From an uncultured Nitrospirota bacterium (GTDB lineage Bacteria > CG2-30-53-67), in the NCBI GenBank assembly GCA_964483105.1, contig CAYZZU010000013.1, positions 3,552-67,551 of the forward strand: 64,000 nt of DNA. Reading direction: 5' to 3'. Shown one piece after another: positions 58,151-64,000 of the stretch (the stretch's first letter is position 1; every line of letters begins with the position of its first letter). The position numbers and the translations under genes were made by a program. A model generated the notes under the pieces. It was not told the DNA's origin. It did no database searches and worked only from the letters and a program-made list of their open reading frames with translations.

Positions 58151-58713
58151 GAACTTTTTGCATGTCCATGAATCAAGACCGGCGGGGATTCACCCTGATT
58201 GAACTGACCGTAACCCTGCTGATCATCACGATCATTCTGGCAATTACCCTTCCGAAGATCGGGAATGCGATCTTCTCGTCCGACCTGAATCACTCCGTAC
58301 GGCAGCTCCGGGCCCTTCTCTCCGTCGCCAGGAACAACGCAATTCTGGAAAGGGTTCCGCGAAGAATCGTCTGCGACATTCCGAAGGGTGAGATTCGTAT
58401 CGAACGGGAAATCCGGAAACAAAACGATGATCAGGACACGGTCCGTTATGAAAGGGACCGTTCCGTCCTGATCCATACCTTCCGGCTTCCGGCGGGAGTG
58501 AAAATCGAGGATGTCATCACCGAAACCGGGGAAAAGGAACTGAACGGAATCGCCACTCTACGGATCGGCGTCAACGGCACCATCGCGGGCAACCTGATTC
58601 ATCTGAAGAAAAAAGGCGAACCGGTTACCCTGAAAATCAATCCATTAACCGGTCGGGTAACGATCGAAAAAGGATACATCGAGGAGTACAGGATTGCGCA
58701 ACAGAACGGATAG
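58147..58713 (+). CDS. gspH: T2SS minor pseudopilin H
   Basis: G|FTLIEL prepilin motif; operon position. Confidence 0.82.
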   Translation: MRTFCMSMNQDRRGFTLIELTVTLLIITIILAITLPKIGNAIFSSDLNHSVRQLRALLSVARNNAILERVPRRIVCDIPKGEIRIEREIRKQNDDQDTVRYERDRSVLIHTFRLPAGVKIEDVITETGEKELNGIATLRIGVNGTIAGNLIHLKKKGEPVTLKINPLTGRVTIEKGYIEEYRIAQQNG

Positions 58714-59083
58714 GGGGTTCACCCTCCTGGAGGTTATCTTCGCCGTAGCCATTTTGGGAATCGGCCTGGTGACCATCCTCGGACTCGAAATCAAGACCAT
58801 CGGACTTCAGCGTTCTTCCAATCGAATGATCCAGGCCACCCTGCTGGCCCAGGCAAAACTGACCGAAAAGATCATGGAAATCAGCGAACAGACCTCGCCC
58901 ACTCTCTACTATGAAGAGGGAGATTTCGATCAGGGACCGGAAGGGTACCACTGGGAGTACACCCTCTCCACCACGGAGGCCGATACCCTGTACCGGATCG
59001 ACTTGATGGTCACATGGGACCCGGAAGACAAGAAGAACCATTCGGTCAGACTGGAAAGTTTTGTCAACGTGAGGTCTTCATGA
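58694..59083 (+). CDS. gspI: T2SS minor pseudopilin I
   Basis: G|FTLLEV; short; operon position. Confidence 0.82.
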   Translation: MRNRTDRGFTLLEVIFAVAILGIGLVTILGLEIKTIGLQRSSNRMIQATLLAQAKLTEKIMEISEQTSPTLYYEEGDFDQGPEGYHWEYTLSTTEADTLYRIDLMVTWDPEDKKNHSVRLESFVNVRSS

Positions 59084-59715
59084 AGAAGTTTCACGACTCC
59101 CAGGAGGGATTAACCCTCCTGGAGGTCCTGGTCGCCGTCGCCATCCTCTCCATCATTCTCGGAGTCATCTACTCCTCCTTTCTGGGGTCCTCGCGGACCA
59201 TTTCCAGACTGGAAGCGAACGAAGATGTCTATCAGACCGCGCAGCCTCTTCTGGCAATGCTCACCCGGGAACTGAGAGGTGCGTATTTTGATCCGGTCCA
59301 CGTCACGGGTTTGATCGGAACCGATGGGGAAGCCGACGGAACCCCGGCGGACACACTGAATTTCCTCACCACGTCCTATCCACGAGAAAGAAACAGCCGC
59401 ACGGAAGAAATGGCTGAGATCGGTTATTTTTTCGACGTCGATTCATTGACGGGGAAGAAGCGGCTCATGAAGAGCGTGGACGCTACGGTGGACTTCGATT
59501 TCCAATCGGGAGGCAAGATTTTCCTCTTGACCGACCAGGTGAACGGACTGGATCTTTCCTACTTCGACAAGTCAAAACAGGAGTGGGTGAACGGATGGGA
59601 CACGGCCAAACGAAGGCGCCTTCCCGACCTGATCCGGGTGGAACTTTCCGTACTGGACGGAAAGGATCACCCGATCGTTTTCAAAACGGAAATCCAACCC
59701 ATGGTAGTGCAATGA
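59080..59715 (+). CDS. gspJ: T2SS minor pseudopilin J
   Basis: G|LTLLEV; W.NGWD...LPDLIRV. Confidence 0.85.
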   Translation: MKKFHDSQEGLTLLEVLVAVAILSIILGVIYSSFLGSSRTISRLEANEDVYQTAQPLLAMLTRELRGAYFDPVHVTGLIGTDGEADGTPADTLNFLTTSYPRERNSRTEEMAEIGYFFDVDSLTGKKRLMKSVDATVDFDFQSGGKIFLLTDQVNGLDLSYFDKSKQEWVNGWDTAKRRRLPDLIRVELSVLDGKDHPIVFKTEIQPMVVQ

Positions 59716-60677
59716 ACATCAGCCGGAGAAGAATTCAGGCCGGAGAAGACGGGTTCGTCCTGATCCTGGTCCTTCTCGTCACCGGCGCCCTGGCGGCCCT
59801 GATTCTTGACCTGAATTATACCACGCGGGTCAACCTCCATCTGGCGGAGAATTTCCGGGACGAAACGCGGGCCTTCTTCCTGAGCCGGGGGGCGGTGGAG
59901 GCGGCGAAGACCCTGCTTCTGAAGGACGGAGACTTCAACTACGACGATCCGGAAAGCAAAGACGATATCATCTGGTCCACCCCGAACCGCCATGAAGAAG
60001 AGGGAGGGAAAATATCCATCGAACTGACGATCCATCCGGAGGACGGAAAGATCTGGATCAACGACACGAAACGGATTTTCCGGGATCCCCAGCCCCCAAA
60101 CGGAACTCTCCCCCCCCTGTTGACCAATCTCCGGGAGATCCTTGACCTTCCGGACAATGAAATCTTTGACTCGATCCAGGACTGGATCGATCGGGACGAC
60201 CAGGTCTTCGAAGGCGATGGCGCGGAAAACGACTATTACCAGTCCCTGGATCCACCGTACAGCATCCGGAACGGAAAGCTCTCGGATCTCTCCGAGCTCC
60301 TTCTCGTCAAAGGAGTCGACGACGCGCTCTATTTCGGGGGAGGCCCGGAACAAGCCAAAGGGCTGAAAGACCTTTTCACCTTGTACAGTAACGGGATCAT
60401 CAATGTTAATGCCGCGCCCCACGCAGTCCTGGCCGCGCTCATGGACGAAACCGAGGCGCTGGACATCGAAGAGAACCGTCCCATCCGTGAAAAACAGGAA
60501 ATCCCGGGCTACAGCACACTCCCTGCCCATGTACGAAACATGATCGGCGTCTCTTCCACCTATTTCTCTGCGACAATCTCCGTCCGTGTCTACAAGGTGC
60601 GCAAACGGGCCCTTGCAATCTTGAAAAGAGAAACAAATCATGATAGGGTGAGTCTCGTGTACTGGAGAGAGGAATAA
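59712..60677 (+). CDS. gspK: T2SS minor pseudopilin K
   Basis: G|FVLILVL (no Glu5), EDGKIWIN, DWIDRDD, ELLLVKG, INVNAA. Confidence 0.9.
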   Translation: MNISRRRIQAGEDGFVLILVLLVTGALAALILDLNYTTRVNLHLAENFRDETRAFFLSRGAVEAAKTLLLKDGDFNYDDPESKDDIIWSTPNRHEEEGGKISIELTIHPEDGKIWINDTKRIFRDPQPPNGTLPPLLTNLREILDLPDNEIFDSIQDWIDRDDQVFEGDGAENDYYQSLDPPYSIRNGKLSDLSELLLVKGVDDALYFGGGPEQAKGLKDLFTLYSNGIINVNAAPHAVLAALMDETEALDIEENRPIREKQEIPGYSTLPAHVRNMIGVSSTYFSATISVRVYKVRKRALAILKRETNHDRVSLVYWREE

Positions 60678-60679
60678 CC

Positions 60680-62221
60680 ATGGCACGAATCATCACAGCG
60701 GTCGAAATTTCGGAATTCGGAATTCAGGCGGTGGAGGTCGCGGCGCAGCACAAAAAGCTCACGATTCTCCGTTTTCTGGAGAAGCCGATCCGGGAAGAGG
60801 AGCTGAGTCCCGACAAGCTGTCGCTCTTTTTTTCCGAACACAACCTTCACAGGGAGGAGGTAATCACCTCCGTTCCCGGAGAGATGCTGATCACCCGCAG
60901 GATTTCCATCCCCTTCCAGGAGAAATCCAAGATCGACAAGACCCTCCCCTACGAAGTGGAACCTCTCGTTCCCTTCCCCGTCGCGGATCTCGAACTCGGA
61001 TATCAGATCCTGGACCAGCAGGGAAAGTCCAGCGACATCCTGGTCTACGCACTCCCGAGGTCTCTGCTGGACCAGCGGACCGCCCTGTTCGAATCGGCTG
61101 GAATCCCGCTCCGGATGATCACGGTTTCCTCTCTCGCCGCGGTGAATTCCCTGTTCCAGGCACAGCCGGATCTCCGGCAGGGCTCCTTCACGCATCTGCA
61201 CATCGCGGCACGGTTCAGCATTCTGTCGATCTATGAAAAGGGAATCTTGAACCATCTTCAGCGACTCGGCTTCCACGTGGATTCCCTGTACCAGACCCTC
61301 TTGAGAAAAACAGGCCTTGACTCCATCGCCCGGCTTGACGAAATCCCGGAGGCCCCCTCTTCAGGCTCCGGATCCATCCTGCCGATTTTGCAGGAAGGCG
61401 CCTCCGAACTGGTCCGACAAATCAAAAAAGGACTGCAGGCCTACCGTCTGCACACCCAAAGGGCTCCTTCCGGGTTCCTCCTCGTCACCGGAACGGTACC
61501 GGGAATCCGGCTGTTCCCTCCCCTCCTTGAGGCGGAACTTTCCATGCAGTCCCTGGTACCCGATTCACTCCCTCCCTTTTCGCACTCCCTGCAGAATCCC
61601 GGAAAGGTGCAGCGACTTCATGCACCTCTCGGAGGCATCCTGATGCAGTGGGGGAGAGACAGCGTCAACGGTGTCTTCCGAAAGAAGAAACACAGTCTCC
61701 TTTCAAGAATCAGGGAGTCACGGCGGGAACTACGGTATGCCGCAATCATCCTGGTCATCCTGTGCATCGGGAGTTTTGCCGACTTTGTCGCGGGAATTCA
61801 GGCCAAGGAATTCCGTTATCTCGCGATCCGGAAGGAAATGCGGAAAATCTTCACGGAAACCTTCCCCAACGTGAAAAACGTGGTCAACGAACTGGCGCAG
61901 ATGAAGCTCCAGATGAAGGATATCGAGAAACAGAATGATATCTTCCGGAATGTCTTCGGTGAGAAACCGTCTCCCCTGGAAATTCTGAATGAGCTCAGTG
62001 TCCGGATTCCGGACAAAACAGAACTCCGGATCACGGACTTCACACTCGACGAGAAGTCCGTCCGGTTCATTGGATGGACGGACTCCTTCAACTCCGTAAA
62101 CCGGATCGAGCAGCAGTTGAAAGCCTCGGACCTCCTCGGGACCGTAAAGGTCAGTAACGCCAAGGTTGGGAAAAACAAAAGCCAGGTCAATTTTCAGATG
62201 ACGATGACCTTCAGAAAATAA
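60680..62221 (+). CDS. gspL: T2SS protein L (PilM/PilN-like fusion architecture)
   Basis: Cytoplasmic actin-like domain (LPYEVEPLVPF), one TM, periplasmic domain. Confidence 0.8.
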   Translation: MARIITAVEISEFGIQAVEVAAQHKKLTILRFLEKPIREEELSPDKLSLFFSEHNLHREEVITSVPGEMLITRRISIPFQEKSKIDKTLPYEVEPLVPFPVADLELGYQILDQQGKSSDILVYALPRSLLDQRTALFESAGIPLRMITVSSLAAVNSLFQAQPDLRQGSFTHLHIAARFSILSIYEKGILNHLQRLGFHVDSLYQTLLRKTGLDSIARLDEIPEAPSSGSGSILPILQEGASELVRQIKKGLQAYRLHTQRAPSGFLLVTGTVPGIRLFPPLLEAELSMQSLVPDSLPPFSHSLQNPGKVQRLHAPLGGILMQWGRDSVNGVFRKKKHSLLSRIRESRRELRYAAIILVILCIGSFADFVAGIQAKEFRYLAIRKEMRKIFTETFPNVKNVVNELAQMKLQMKDIEKQNDIFRNVFGEKPSPLEILNELSVRIPDKTELRITDFTLDEKSVRFIGWTDSFNSVNRIEQQLKASDLLGTVKVSNAKVGKNKSQVNFQMTMTFRK

Positions 62222-62269
62222 GAGGACCCATCACATTGGAAATCGTTTCAGCAACGCAGAAGTGGATCG

Positions 62270-63031
62270 ATGAAAATTATCTCCGTGATCAACCAAAAAG
62301 GAGGAATCGGTAAAACCACGACGGCCATCAATCTATCCGCCTGCCTGTCCGAACTGGGTCAGAAAGTCCTTTTGATCGATATGGATTCACAGGCCAATGC
62401 CAGCATCGGGCTGGACGTGGATCCCGACAAGCTGGATAAGACGGTTTATAACCTTCTGGTCGACGAGCGGACCCGCATCGAAGACGTCCTTTTAAAGACG
62501 GATCTTAAGAATCTGGATCTGATCCCGGCCCACATGGACCTGGCCGGATGCGAGGTTCAGCTTGCGGGAAGTCCTTCCAGACCGTACCGGTTGAGAAACG
62601 CGCTGGAAGGAATCCGCAAAGAATATGACTTCGCCATCATCGACTGCCCCCCATCCCTGGGAGTACTGAGCTTGAACGCCCTTCTGGCGTCCTCTCACAT
62701 GATTATTCCCACGGAGGCCAAGTTCTATGCCATCAAGGGACTGGACATGCTCAACACAATGATCCGGACCCTGTTTGACCAGTTGGGCCACCGGATTCAA
62801 CTGATGGGTGTTCTGATTACCATGTTTGATAAACGGACGTCCCTGAACCGGATTTTTTATCACGAAATTCAGGAAATTTTCGCGGAAAAACTTTTTACGA
62901 CATTGATCCCGAGGAATGTGACTCTGAGCGAAGCGGAACTCTACCGCAAACCGATCATCAAATACGCGGCCAATTCAACCGGTGCGCTGCATTACAGGCA
63001 TCTGGCCATTGAGGTACTCTTTCATGAGTGA
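62270..63031 (+). CDS. ParA/Soj-family ATPase embedded in the T2SS operon
   Basis: NQKGGIGKTTT deviant Walker A, DMDSQAN, IDCPPSLG, IPRNV; no adjacent parB. Confidence 0.93.
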   Translation: MKIISVINQKGGIGKTTTAINLSACLSELGQKVLLIDMDSQANASIGLDVDPDKLDKTVYNLLVDERTRIEDVLLKTDLKNLDLIPAHMDLAGCEVQLAGSPSRPYRLRNALEGIRKEYDFAIIDCPPSLGVLSLNALLASSHMIIPTEAKFYAIKGLDMLNTMIRTLFDQLGHRIQLMGVLITMFDKRTSLNRIFYHEIQEIFAEKLFTTLIPRNVTLSEAELYRKPIIKYAANSTGALHYRHLAIEVLFHE

Positions 63032-63992
63032 CAAAGAGGAAGATCTCAGGAAAAGGACCAGGGCCAATCTCGACCCGAAGGGGTGGGAGGCCCTCCTGGA
63101 AGGAGTCCCCAGGGTGGACGACGGAGCGGATCGAGACACTCCACACACCCCCCCGGAAGAAGCGAATCCCCGGGCAGAGACTTCCCTTCCGAAAGAAAGT
63201 GCGCGATCGGCAGAGGAGGGATCTCCTTCCTTGCCGCACAATACCGAGACCGCGGACGGTCAACCTTCCGGGTCGGAGCCACTCCCGGCGGAAACCACCG
63301 GCACGGATGCCTCCGCCGACCTGCCCGTGCCCGAATCCTGCCCCGTGGATGAATCCTCTGCGGAGGATCGGGATGCACCCGGGGAAAAGAGAATGGGAAA
63401 GACGGAGCGGTTGATCCATCGGCTGATGGATCAACCGCTTCTTCAGCGCGGCCTCCAGTACTACCGGGAGCTGACCCAAAGAGATCAACGGATTCTCCTT
63501 GCGGGGGTCTTTTTTGTCACCGCTGTCTTCTTTTACTCGACGATTCTCTCCCCTCTGCTTGAACAGGATACCCTGATCAACCGGAAGATCGCAAAAAAAC
63601 AGAGCGAATTGACCGAGATGCTCCGGCTCCGTTCCTCGGCGATACGGGACCGCCGGGGCATGAACCGCGTAAAAAAAATCCTTGAAAAAAGGGGCCGGGG
63701 ATTTTCCGTGTTCGCCTATCTGGAAGAATTGGCCGGGAAAGCGAAGATCAAGGACCGAATCGTCTATATGAAACCCAGAAGGGAAACCCCTGTCGGTCCC
63801 TTCCGGGAATCGCTGGTGGAAATCAAACTGGACAAAATCGCCCTTCCGGGACTCACCCGCTTTCTCTATCAGATCGAATCCTCCGAGAACCTTCTTTATA
63901 TCAAGAACCTGAAGATCAAGAGCGGGAAATATGGAAAGGAAAACGGCATGGACGTCACCCTTTCGGTGGGAACTCTGGTCATGAACAAATAA
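63024..63992 (+). CDS. gspM: T2SS protein M with a long N-terminal extension
   Basis: C-terminal ~190 aa GspM-like (RDQRILL, TM, coiled coil, LTRFLYQIE); ~120 aa N-terminal extension, low-complexity after residue ~28. Confidence 0.8.
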   Translation: MSDKEEDLRKRTRANLDPKGWEALLEGVPRVDDGADRDTPHTPPEEANPRAETSLPKESARSAEEGSPSLPHNTETADGQPSGSEPLPAETTGTDASADLPVPESCPVDESSAEDRDAPGEKRMGKTERLIHRLMDQPLLQRGLQYYRELTQRDQRILLAGVFFVTAVFFYSTILSPLLEQDTLINRKIAKKQSELTEMLRLRSSAIRDRRGMNRVKKILEKRGRGFSVFAYLEELAGKAKIKDRIVYMKPRRETPVGPFRESLVEIKLDKIALPGLTRFLYQIESSENLLYIKNLKIKSGKYGKENGMDVTLSVGTLVMNK

Positions 63993-64000
63993 ACACGCGA

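Overview
A GC-rich chromosomal segment from an anaerobic, cytochrome-rich diderm bacterium. Gene order (surE-pcm-rpoS-apt, lptCAB-rpoN-hpf-ptsN-hprK-rapZ-mannose-type PTS, metK-ahcY) resembles Desulfobacterota/deltaproteobacteria; this is an inference, not a database result. Left to right: (1) an accessory stress block (TPR protein starting with a QLDLF clamp-type motif, MNT plus frameshifted HEPN, WYL regulator, three Hsp20s); (2) an 11-gene minus-strand respiratory operon behind a clear sigma-54 promoter (triheme cytochrome, two YeeE/YedE halves, TorD-type chaperone, PsrABC/PhsABC-like molybdoenzyme, Rieske, split cytochrome b, multiheme cytochrome c); (3) housekeeping genes with two tRNA-Pro; (4) moeA pair, ASKHA protein and cytochrome c554-like gene; (5) heme-motif sensor kinase, PilZ, NtrC-type regulator and a ~15-heme cytochrome; (6) a type II secretion operon gspC-M. 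The strongest novel signals are an in-frame UGA with a SECIS-like hairpin at the conserved Cys of a YeeE transporter (candidate selenoprotein), a Soj/ParA ATPase inserted between gspL and a GspM carrying a ParB-like N-terminal peptide (candidate T2SS-positioning system), and the Psr + Rieske/cytb + YeeE operon. No CRISPR array, transposase, integrase or rRNA was seen. Many starts were moved from the ORF track to RBS-supported codons and remain provisional.
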